64,000 nucleotides of DNA from NCBI RefSeq assembly GCF_964355755.1, contig NC_092677.1:24229175-24293174 (forward strand). Direction: 5' to 3'. Shown one piece after another: positions 13,424 to 25,500 of the stretch. How positions within the stretch are numbered: position 1 is the stretch's first letter; each line of letters opens with the position of its first letter. The translations under genes and the position numbers were made by a program. A model generated the notes under the pieces. It made no database searches. It worked only from the letters and a program-made list of their open reading frames with translations, and was not told where the DNA came from. The DNA is from Antedon mediterranea (Eukaryota; Animalia; Echinodermata).

Positions 13424-14976
13424 GGGTCATTCTTCAGTAAGTGTCTAAAATCGTGTCCCGATACTTTGGTGGGATAGAGACTGAAAACTCATCATTAAAA
13501 AATAAAAATTCTTGACTTAAATCATAATCAACATTATTGTAAATATAATTAATTATATAAAACAAAGATAATTACATTGATATTGTAAATTTTTATAAAA
13601 ATGTTTCAGGCAACCCCCTAAAATCCTATGTCCCGATCGTACATCTTCAATTTTATGATCGCCGTATATATTTGATAACAGGACTTTTGTTATCGAAAAT
13701 ATTGTAAAAAGTTAGTTAATCATGATTTCATGCGATTATATTCTTCGAAATACATCTCTACATACATTAAATCTCAAACTTTAAAGTTTTTGTTTGGAAA
13801 AAGCTTGTCCCGCAGTTTTGTGTCATTTCCGTCACATAATTTAAATGTACCGTCTACAGTTTAATGAACGGCGGTGAAAAAAATTGACTGTGCGTTGTAA
13901 ACATACGAAGATATTGAAATTAAACTAGCCGCACATCATTTTCAATAAAAGAGGAAAAAAGCTAAAAAAAACGAGGTTTTAGAAAAATTACAGCTGCGTA
14001 CCTTTATTGAATGTCATATCCGAACGGTATAGAACTCATTAAATAATTATAATTTCTGGTTTTTTTTCAACTGGAAGTACAAGTTATTCACGGTATCTAG
14101 AAGTATGCAATCCGTCTCCGCTGTCAGACATGCCTACGATGTGATCCTAGGCTGTCCAATGCTAAATACATCATCTCCGTCACGGTCAGCTCCGTCACAT
14201 TTCCCAATGTTTCGTTGTGACGGAGATGACGGCCCGTGACGGATATGACTTTTTGTTATTGCCAGGGCCTTTTTTTGTTGTACATTTTGTTTTGTATATC
14301 TTTATTATGTTATTACATTGTATATCTATGTGACTCTGGTCAATAAACATAATCAAATCATATCTTAAAGTCATCTCCGTCACATGATTTTTTAGGTTCG
14401 TCATATCCGTCACGGTTTCATCTCCGTCACATGGATATTTTATCCTTTTAAATCCTAAAATATTTAAGTAATGAACGCAATTATGTGGTATATTGAAATA
14501 TACACAATATTCTTCTACTATGTCAATGGATAGTAATATTAGTTCAACAGAATTTTGTAAAACATCAGTGACTGTCATACTATTTTCTGAAAATTATTAT
14601 TTTTTGGAATAGTAAATGGTTTTGAACGTAAAACATCATAATTATAAATGTTAAAACAATCATTTTTTGATTAATAGAGACAAAAATAATATATAGTATC
14701 AAAGAATTAATAATGGAAATAATTTTATAATTCCTGAATCGTTTTTTTTTCTATCTTTGTATATCCCATAAATGTGACGGAAATGACAGTAACATAGAAC
14801 CATGTATTTATAAATACGAATAAAACACGAAATATATAATAAAGATTGCGCCAAACATACGCTTGCCATGTAATACATGTTCATTTATCTGAATAAACTT
14901 TTGAAATTTAAAAAATGCAAATTTTAAAATCGATTTTTTATAAACCTGAAATTAGACACTTACTGAAGAATGACCC
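13424..14976. mobile_element. Non-autonomous TIR DNA transposon, ~1.55 kb, possibly Sola1-like
   Basis: Perfect 25-bp TIR gggtcattcttcagtaagtgtctaa / ttagacacttactgaagaatgaccc, flanked by ATAT on both sides; repeated internal ccgtcac motif; no transposase ORF. Confidence 0.8.
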
Positions 14977-15589
14977 ATATGTTGTACAATTTAATATGAA
15001 TATATTGATTAATTTATATTTATTTTAGGGAAGTTTAAGATGTTCCCCTTTTGTAAAATAGACATTGGCAATTTTTATTTTTCAGTTTAAAATTATTCTT
15101 GGTATTTAAAAAAGACTCAGTTCACAAAATGATATAGACATAAAAGTGCAGTTAATTTATCAATACTGATGTTCTTGGATTTAAGTCATTTTAGCGTAAA
15201 ATTATTTTTCAATAGTACTTGAAAATAAGTTCAGATATAAATTTTGTATAAATAATTTCCTTGAATTTGATGTAAATGTTGTATCTAATTTTTGTTTGTA
15301 AATGTGATCGTGTAGTGATAAATCGGTGTAATATCGCACTGTTTAGAATCTGTAGTTGAAAACGGATAATGCCTTTTATTTTGTCCACTTGCCACTCGAT
15401 TATGAGTGTTATCATGCTGTACAACTTTCATCCAACTTGTTGTAAAATTAAGTTCAAAAGTTGTGTTCACTTTTTTGCACAGCACTAAACTGGTGCTCAC
15501 AATGGAATAAAAAAAATTAAAAATGTATGCTGTGTCTAGTGACATTTGTGTATATGTATAACATAGCACTTGTAACAAACATAGCCAGA

Positions 15590-16005
15590 ATTGTCCAATG
15601 AAGTACTTGCCCTAGGGTGTAGTTGTCCAAGGTGGTACTTGCCCTAGGGTGTATTTGTCCAATTGGGCACTTGCCCTAGGGTGTATTTGTCCAATGGAGT
15701 ACTTGCCCTAGGGTGTATTTGTCCAATGAAGTACTTGCCCTAGGGTGTATTTGTCCAATGAAGTACTTGCCCTAGGGTGTATTTGTCCAATGGAGTACTT
15801 GCCCTAGGGTGTAGTTGTCCAATGTGGTACTTGTCCTAGGGTGTATTTGTCCAATTGGGCACTTGCCCTGGGGTGTAGTTGTCCAAGGTGGTACTTGTCC
15901 TAGAGTGTATTTGTCCAATGGAGTACTTGTCCTAGGGTGTATTTGTCCAATGGAGTACTTGCCCTAGGGTGTATTTGTCCAGTTGGTTACTTGCCCTAGA
16001 GTGTA
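15590..16005. repeat. 32-bp minisatellite, about 13 copies
   Basis: Unit agtacttgccctagggtgtatttgtccaatgg; ccctaggg recurs at 15610, 15642, 15674 and onward. Confidence 0.92.
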
Positions 16006-16337
16006 AATTATCCTAGAACTTTTATTTAGCAATAAACCCAGCTACCTGCACCATTCATTCATTAAAAATAAAATCCTTTTATACTATTGTTGTACTTCAA
16101 TAACATTTTTACTAACAGTAATACAGTACTAATATAACAGACTTTAAATCGTAGACATGTATGCCACCAAAAACAATTTATTTGATAAAAAGTGGTTCAT
16201 AAAAAGTATGCTTGATAAAACCCCACTTTCAACCCTAACCTGCCACAGTGGGTTGGAAAATGTTGTTTCTTAATTCTGGCTCATACAATAATCCCTCTAA
16301 ATCAAACAAATTATACATTTTAAAAATCCATTGTTCA

Positions 16338-16680
16338 TTGTCCACCTTGTTGGAAATGTGTACTGGTCAGTGTCCACCTTGTTTGCAACATATACTGGTC
16401 AGTGTCCACCTTGTTGGTACTGTGTACTGGTCAGTGTCCACATTTGGTAATGCATACTGGTCAGTTTTCACATTGGTAATGTGTACTGGTCAGTTTTCAC
16501 ATTGGTAATAAAATACTGGTCAGTGTTCACATTGATAATGTGTACTGGTCATTTTCCACCTTAGTAATATATACTGGTCAGTGTCCACATTGATAATGTG
16601 TACTGGTCAGTGTCCACCTTAGTAATATATACTGGTCAGTGTTCATATTGGTAGTATGTACTATTCAGTGTCCACCTTGT
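16338..16680. repeat. ~27-31-bp minisatellite overlapping the GINS2 stop codon and 3' UTR
   Basis: Repeating tactggtcagtgtccac(c/a)ttggtaatgtg, about 11-12 copies. Confidence 0.88.
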
Positions 16681-18787
16681 GTGTTGGACAGCAACGTGTG
16701 CATGTGGTCAAGAGCTTGTGTAAGAAATGGTCTGATGGTGTTGATCTCCATTAGTGATAAATTGTCAAGCTGCCAAAAAAGAAAATTGATAATAATCCAT
16801 GGCAGATGCATATCATTTTTATTTTATTATTTATACAAATAATGAATGTTTTGAATTGACAGTTGGACAGTTCCATTTAAGAAGGCAGCGCTTAGTTCAA
16901 TAGAACATTATCCCTATTCAACAAATGCAAAACAAAAACAAATTTTGAATGAATTCGCTGCTTCTATCTTTAATCAATGTCAAAAGCTAGACGGTCATTA
17001 AAAAAAAGGCATCGATTCGATTTTCACCGCAGAGTTGAATTTATAGATGGCACTAGCCTCTAATGTTTACAAATGACAGACATGTAATAGAACCATTTAA
17101 TAGAAATTTTATCATGGAGTGCAATAGAACTAATAATGAATATTACACAAGATTAACCAATCGAATATTGTGGGTAATACCTACTACACTAGCATTTGTT
17201 TGCAGCTCTATTTTACCACGTAGTGCAATATAACTAATACTGAACGGCATGTGATATGAGATTATCCAATCAAATGTCGTGGATAATACCTACACTAGCA
17301 TGTGTTTGTTGCTCTGCTACAAAGGTGTCAATACTGTGCCGTAACTTAGCTGCTCTCAGATCCCATACATCCTTTACAAGCGTGTGAACCTCATCAGCAT
17401 TGGGAATATCATCAGCTGCACTAAAAAAAGTATGAAAATATATACAAATAATAATTAAATATGTATTGTCCCCCAAAAACATAAAAAAATTAATTAAGAT
17501 TCATAAATCAGATTTTACAAAAAAAAGTTTACACTTATAAAAAGACAAAAGAAAGTTAAACTCAACCAACAAACCCATTGGCTGGCAGCCAGTTTGACTA
17601 TGTTTTTATTGAAATTACAGTTTTTCAAATGAATAACTATTATGGAATATCAAAATGGCATATTCAACAACAAAATTTTAATAAATACAGTAATCAGAAT
17701 TTATTTTGTCACTTTGATGAATTATAGGTGATCTTTGTGCAGCAGTAATAATAATTGTGTAACCAATTTGCATTTTCAAGTTAACAAGAGTTTTTTCTTT
17801 TGATGTCTAAGTTAGCCATTAAATATTTTAATAAAATGGACATACTGAATAAGTAATATTTTAGTGATTTCCATATAATGAGGATTTGGCATTGGCTGAA
17901 ACACTGCAGAATCTTTTTCTTCTTGTTTATGTTGTTCAAGTTTTTCTGCAAAGAAAACAATAAAATAAATAGTAATTGATTTTTTTAGCATTAATGGTAC
18001 TGAAGCCTGTAGCCTTTTTGCTGAAGTGCCCTTTTCCACTGGGGACAAAGGTGAGAGTTATGGTAAATAGTCCTAACCATGGGGCTATGAAATTAGACTC
18101 CAAAAACTGGTAATGGAGGGCTTTTGGAGTATGAACAGCCATCTTTAAAAATTATTTATTTATTTCATTTTAGGCATTAACATGATACAGTACTTTTTAA
18201 AATAGAGTTCAGGAACATTTAGGCATTCAATGCACTCAGCAGAAGAACATATAACAGGATCTTAAGCTCTGTCTACACTATCAAAAAAGTGTAATTGGGC
18301 CCAAATATGGTAGTAGAGTGATATGCTTAAATATGGTAGTGATATGACATCATCATGTCCATATATGGGCACATCACATTTTGTTGTCACATAAAGTTTG
18401 ATAGTGTAGACAGAGCTTTTGTTAACACCACCAATTACTACTTGAAAAAATGCCTACTATAACCATCCAATGCTGTCTGATTGAACCTAACCATCACAGT
18501 TTTGATTATAAAAGAAAACATTCACACTACGCCTATCTTCCGCTCAAGGCAATCTTTTTCAGTGGTCAGTTAGGACACCTACCTATGTCCATCCATTCCG
18601 GTGCTTGTATTCTACACTTTCTTCGTTGTTTTAGATTCATCGCCATCCACAGCGGTACATTAACAGGGAGACCAGGGTTAAACGGCCCAATTTCACCGCT
18701 AATGAGGTACAGTTTATCATGTGAAAAATTAGGCACTACACTAATGAGTTCTTCTACAGCTTGGAACTCTACATCTGAGACATCCAT
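16665..18787 (-). CDS. GINS2: DNA replication complex GINS subunit PSF2, 178 aa
   Basis: Exons 18787-18583, 17945-17846, 17420-17294, 16769-16665 (537 nt, GT-AG). Translation [98 protein letters not shown] is characteristic of PSF2. A probable non-coding first exon has its donor near 19309. Confidence 0.96.
18264..18418. mobile_element. ~155-bp MITE, family copy 1
   Basis: TIR aagctctgtctacactatcaaa / tttgatagtgtagacagagctt; related copies at ~25150 and ~29680. Confidence 0.8.
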
Positions 18788-19309
18788 GTCAGCAATTATT
18801 TATACTGGTGGTAATCTACGTTTGATTCAAAATAAATTTTGAGAAAGAAAAACAATAGTAACACTAAAGTTAGTACTGTAGTATGCAGGAAACACTCACT
18901 AAAATGATTATTTAAATTAATATTATTTAAAATTAATTTCATTCTTCCTTCTTGATAGGCCTACTATACAATTATCAGGCTGGCGCTAGGCCACTGCACT
19001 GCCCTAATAGTAGCTAGGCTAAAATATCCCCCCGATTTATACTAACATTCAACTAGTCTAAGTAGGCCTAATGATGTAGTTGTAGTACTCTAGGCCTAAC
19101 TAGCCTATAGGCCTAGTCTAAGTCTAGCAGTAGCTAGATAGGCTAGTTATCTAGCTTGCTAGCTAGGCAGACAGGCCTAGCCTAGAATATTATTGTAATT
19201 TAGCTATCCTATCCTCTATTACTCATACATACAGTACATCTTATTTAAAACAGTGCTATATATAAATTAGATAATGAGTTTTTTCAAAAGCAGGAAATGT
19301 TTATTTACT

Positions 19310-19585
19310 TCGGATCCCTTGCCCTTGGTTTATGTTTACCTTTTCTTTCAATTTCGCGGGGAATTTCTCTTCCGCACTTGCGCAGTGTATGAGCAATTAG
19401 TATAACCATTCCCATCATTCATTGCGGCCGCCCGGAAAATTTTAAAAATTCAAAACAGCGCGGCCGCGGTGTGTAACACAGTTCAGTGAATGTCGTTAGT
19501 AACCGTTCGTGTTTTATTCTGCTTTTTTCAATTATCCAGTCATTTTTAGCTTATATAGACATTTATTTTGTAATTTTGATTTATC
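19310..19585. promoter_or_regulatory. Bidirectional CpG-rich promoter of GINS2 and ANLN with E2F-like and CDE/CHR-like sites
   Basis: TTTCGCGG at 19352-19359; two GCGGCCGC (19424, 19460); TTTAAA at 19441; minus-strand CCGCG-ctgt-TTTGAA at 19463-19449; lies between divergent start codons about 800 bp apart. Confidence 0.7.
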
Positions 19586-22500
19586 ATGGACGATTTTACT
19601 GAGGTTTGTTGGTGATTATATTTACATTTGTATCAATTATTTGTCTTTGAAAACGCCCTTCCTTTTCAATTATTTTTATAAAGTTTAGGCCTAGCCTAGC
19701 TAGGCTAGGATAAAGGATACCTACTAGGCCATAGCATAGCCTTTTAGGTAGGTAGGTAGGTTAGGCCTACTAGGGCCTAGGCTAGACCTAGATGCTGGGG
19801 CCCAGGTTAAGGAGATATATTTAGACCAGGCCTAGCCTAGGAATAAAACAAGGCCATATTAGATGGCTGCAGTCGCGTGCTTAGTTAGTGTTTACCGAGC
19901 AACCTACCAACTGACCAAAATTGCTGAACATGTTTAAAAATGTTGAAATGTTTAAAAACAGTTATATTTTTTAAATTTACATGTGCGTAGCCTGTCACTT
20001 TTGACGTGCTCGTATAACGTAATTTCGAGTTGAAAAGTAAGTCAAGAAAACAGAAATCGGGCAACAACATTTCACGCGCAGTGCGCGCGCAAAGATCTGC
20101 GCACTCATGGCAATTTTGTAAACGCTTAAAATTGCCTGAAACGTACTCAGCCTCTTATTTCGTCGAAAATAAATTTTGAAAATTTTAAGCGCGCGTACGC
20201 ATGCGTTACATGCGCTACGCACGTAATTGTATTGCCATAATGATGATTTATGCCCTGAAATTTATGAGTACCAAATTTTATTTAATTGTGATTCATGGTT
20301 GTGAAGATACGATTACAAACATGATTTCGTTAAATCGTGCGTAGACCGCTTAATTTTTTATTGCGCACCGTGAAAACATAACCACATTGATTCCTGGCCA
20401 TAAGGAATATACTGTGAAAAATTTACTTAGCTAGATTAAATGGTTAAACTGATATCAAGATAAGGTTAGAAAGCGATAAAACGCATAGTGATACCGGACC
20501 GACCGACATAGTGAACTATAGAGTCGCTTCCACGCGACTAAAAAGAGTAGGCCTCTAGGCTAGCCCTAGCCTATTCTATACATTTTAAATTAAGAATTAG
20601 CCTAGCCTATATAATTACCGTAATTACGTACTGTACAGTAGCCATAACATCGGCAAGGGTTCGAGGCTCACTCGCTCTATGGTTCTGGTGGTAGAACGAG
20701 GATAAGGACTATAAACCGTAGGTCCAGCAGTGTACACATAGCTCATGCGCACTTTAAAGAGCCTAGGCCTAGTACATCTTTCGAGATGAGTAGGGGGTTA
20801 CCCCGGTGTACTAGTCCACACAAACACAGCCACTGTGCAAATAAAACTAACTCACTCGCGTCACATCCCACCAAAGTGCTATAGCCTAGTCTTCAAGTCT
20901 GAAGTTTGCACTAAATTGGAAGAAGAAGAAGAAGAAGAAAGTGAATCAATTGGATTTTGTCATATGTCAGAACAGAACAGAAAGAATTGATTGGTCAATT
21001 GAAAATCGCTCGTGAATACACATTTTTATAAACTTGCGTACAAAGTTTTTTTTCGACTGGTTTTATTAGTGGTGTGTGGTATTACTAGCTAGGCCTACTG
21101 TAGTAGTATGGTAAGTTGATGATATTCCAGTTTGAGTGTTTCAATTACAACAAGATCAAGATGGTGTTTGTATATTTGCATAATCATACAAAAAACGCAT
21201 TCTGAATTTAGTGTGACTTTTCCAGTTGAATACCACATCGCAAACAGAATTTCATGGAGAAGAATGTACAGCCATTCGTTGTGTTCTTTGTTTTTTTTTA
21301 ATTAAGCCTGTCGAAATTTGAATGCTTGCTATCGAAAAATAAATAGGCTGCATGTGATAGTTTGGGTAGACTTCATCATTCGTATGTGTTGTGTAACTTT
21401 CTGTCTCTCTGTGCAGTCTACCTCTGCTACCTCACATTTTGAGCCAAAATAAAAAGACATGTGGGCAATGGAATTTAAAAAATAGAAAAAAAAGGCCTAG
21501 TATTTATTTAACCTGTATTATGTCACAGAAACTGTTAGAGCGTACAAGAGCTAGGAAGGAGATTCTTGCGAAGAAAATGAATGAGAATTCGGTGTCACCT
21601 GTGAAACGTAAAGCACCACTTGCGGAAAACATGCAACGCTTACCTAATCATAGCAAATCTCGTGAGTACTTCAGAACACTTGGCCTTGATGTGTAATATT
21701 TATTCTGAAAAAGAATCTTGTTTCTAGTTACTTAAAATACAGATTCATTTAAAATAAATTTTATCTAAATTAATTAAATTATCAAAAAAATATGATTGTA
21801 ATACTAATAGGGTCACCAACAAAGAAAATGACAAGCCAGGATATAAAACCAGATACACCAGCAATTCGTTCGGTTCGTTCTCGTTTGCAGCATTTAGCCC
21901 ACGCGAGAGACGTGTGGGATTCAGGTAAGTAATAATTTTGTCTTTCCTTTTTTTTTTTTTTGCATAAAATGAAATAAATCACTGGTATTGAATATGAAAT
22001 AATTATATACACATTTTTATAAATACTATTACAACAAATATGCATAGATGATTAATTTGTGTAACCTGTATTTATTTATTTTTAATTTATTATTGTTCAA
22101 CTTATTTATTTGTGTTTATTGGGACCAAATACTGTATAGAGATAAATTGGCAACCTATTATTAAAAATGATTTTTCTTTGTATAAATATAACAACTTTAT
22201 TTTTATACTTTTTTCATTACAGAAAATGCAGATGGTACTGATGTTCCATCACCTCATAAGAGTTGCAGAACACCAGAAATAAATTTGGATGCGTTGCCCC
22301 CTCAACCTGTGACCCGTAAAGCCCGCTTTGCAGCGTTAGCTGCCGATATTAATAATTGGGTTGATGATACAGATCATCCGAAACACAGGGCAGAAGAAAC
22401 AGTAGTAAGAACCATTTCACTATTCCTTCACAAAATAAAAAATTGTATTTTAATTTATATTTAAATATTTAATTAATATTTTAATTTGCTGGTTTTTTTT

Positions 22501-25500
22501 AACAGGCAAAAAAGCCAACACGAAAATTTTTCACAGAACCAAAAACTAATGATCAACCGAAACCAGCTCCAAGAAGTAACACACCTAAGAAATCTCCTTC
22601 TCCATCCCCAAAGAAGAGGACTATGTCAGAAAAAGCAACATCATCTCCTAGGAAAGATGTATCGGCACCTTCGCCAAAAAAGAGAAACATTCAAGGAGGT
22701 TCCCCTTGCAAAAAGCAGTCACCAGCAAAAGCTTCTTATAAGAAAAGTCCAGCTAAAGCATCCCCTAAAAAGAGAGCAGTCGCGTTTGCAGTCACTGGAA
22801 CCCCAAACCCTGCCCCAAGAACCGGTCTTCAAATAGCTACATTACGACAGGTTCCACAACCAGAGCGGCAGATCTGCGAAGAGGTTGAAAAACCCAAGAA
22901 GATCACAGCTAAAGAAGTGTCTCGTTCCACAAACAACCAATACAACGCCATCAATAAATGTACCTTTGAGGTTTCGAGAGAAAGAACAGCAACTTTGCCT
23001 GTTCCTAAGAAAGAAACCATTAAAAGACAAGCCCCTGCAGCACCTAAAAGTCCTTCTAAGACGCCGTTGAAGCAAGGGCCTTCGTCCAAGATCCAACGTA
23101 TGGTTGCTCAAATATCGGCAAAAGAAAAGGGTTTAAAGTCACCAGAAAATGTGAGTGATCATGTTGGCGAAATGGCCATGTCCATACGTACACGTCTGCT
23201 GGAACATCAGAATAGTTGGCAGAAAAATGAGATTAATACTAAAATACAGGTACAGTATATATGCATTTATTCTATACTTTAGAAAGCTTTTTTATATTTT
23301 ATTATCAACAAAGGATCTAAAAGCATATCTTTCTTAATTGTGTCGCTCTCTACACAACTGACCAGAACTAAATACAGTATAATGTACATCTTTGTACAGT
23401 TGAGTTGTATATGTTCTGCTTTACAGAACTGAAAGGAACTAACCACAAACTGAAAACTTCAATCACATCGCGTGCAGTACGGGTAAACTGTAACACGATT
23501 AGTTGAATCAATTCTAGCACAACTAGCTCGGATTTTTAGTTGTGTTGTCGACGCACCCAACATTTTAAAACGTTTTACGACGTCTTTCCACCAATTTAAA
23601 AACTAAGTAACATACACATTTTTTAATTACAGGCCGAAAGGAAGAAAGAGCTAGAGATTATTCGCCAGCGTTGGGCAGACTCGTGTAATAATTCTAGATC
23701 AGTGAGTGCTAATTCACAGGTGAGATTTAGTGCAAGTTGTATATTTGTAATGTCTTTAAGTTAATTTTTCTTCATATGTTTTCAAACTCGAAACGTTATT
23801 TTTCGTTTTGTCTTGCAGGAGAGTGAATCTGAACAGGATACTAAGCAAACAACGCCAACTATTGAGGAGCAAAACCAGATTGAAATAGAAGAGGAAGATG
23901 AAACGGTATCAGAGGAAGAAGTTTACGAGAAGGATAATATGTCGGCAGAGGAAGCTATTGAAGGTACACCATTGTTGATATAATAGTTTATTTCACATTC
24001 TCAATACCAGACATTTCCAAAATTCTGGTATTCAGAATGTGTGTTTTAATAAAACTATAAAAAAAAGAGGACCTTTTGAAGCTCAAGGAAATTGAGAGTC
24101 TGGTATTGGGAGAGTCAGCTGTAGTGCATACTGTACTTGAGCAACAATTCCTGTATGAATACATCCTCATGAACAAGTGAGAAATTGCTTTAATGATTTT
24201 TTTTTTCAGAAGAAATTGAGGAGAGTAAAACTACAGATGATGTTGATGAAGAAGAGGAAGGAAGTGAAGTGGATGATGATGATCTAAATGTGAGTGATGT
24301 CCTTGGAGATATTGATGATATCCTGGATCAAGAGGAACAAGCCATGGAAGAGGAGGAAGAAGCACGGAATACATTGCAGGAGGTGCAAACAGAACAACAA
24401 ATTATTCGGGAAGAATTGCAGGTATGTATGTATGTACATGTTGTTGAGTCGAGCAGGCAATAGGTTAAGGCAGGAGTATTGCAAAAAAAGCCATGAAGTG
24501 ACACAGGCTGCAAGACTAAAGCCTGGTTCCCACTAGAACACAACTATGTGTGTGCAACACAGTAATTTGACCAATAGTGACATGATGAATCATCTATCGC
24601 GACATGATTAGCTAAATTAGTTTTGTTGCCCTTGCATCCTATTGGGAATGAAGTGGTTGTGGTGGTTTAATATACAAGAATGAACTATTATTATTATTAC
24701 TGTACATGCATGTTTTCTAATAATTTAATTTTTATTAATTGACTTTAAAATCTTAAATCTCAAGTTTAATAGCAAAGTTTAAATAACTTTAGAAAGCAAT
24801 GCAAAATACCGTGGGATTGTTGCGCATCATTTTTATAATTATTTCATCAATTTATTTCAGTCACAAAGTGAGGAAGATGATGATGAGGAAGTTAGCCATG
24901 AACCAACCCCACCACCGAGACAAGCTAAACCACTCACATACAGCGTGAGTACCTACCGTAATCAACGCAAGAAGGCACTTACATTGCCACCTTCTTCTCG
25001 AACTGTGGTGATGAAATCACCAGAAGCCATACAAGAAGAAGAGGAACCAGAACCAGAACCGACTACACCAATTGTCAAACAACTTAGTGCCAGAGAAAGG
25101 GTTAAAGTATGTGGATTGTGCATTTAGCACTTGTAGCATAACATAGACTAACGCTCTGTCTAAACTATTAAACTTTATGTGACAAAAAAGTGCCCAAATA
25201 TGGTGGTAATATGCCTAAATATGGTAGTGATATGACATCATTATGTCTATATATGGGCACATAACATAAAGTTTGATAGTGTAGACAGGGCTTAAAAGTA
25301 GATAGATACATTTTTATTTTGTCTCCAACTACTGTAATTCTCTTCCTTGTTATCTGCTGTTCTGATTGGTTTGTTTTATTGTACTTTTGTACTGTTCTAG
25401 GCATTGAATGAAGAGGTATCCACCCAGCATAGCATTATTCACCAGACTAGTCAAGCATTAAATCTGATAAACGCTAAACCAGATTACAAAGGCACTATGG

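Noticed and set aside
14195-14578. 127-aa ORF as a transposase of the 1.55-kb element
   Set aside because: No recognisable DDE or DNA-binding motifs; it overlaps the internal ccgtcac repeats.
18450-18842. 130-aa plus-strand ORF, and other antisense ORFs such as 22829-23111
   Set aside because: Shadows of real GINS2 or ANLN exons on the opposite strand.
24518-24652. Possible decayed MITE (ggttcccactag..ctattgggaat)
   Set aside because: The inverted ends are too mismatched and I found no second copy to confirm it.
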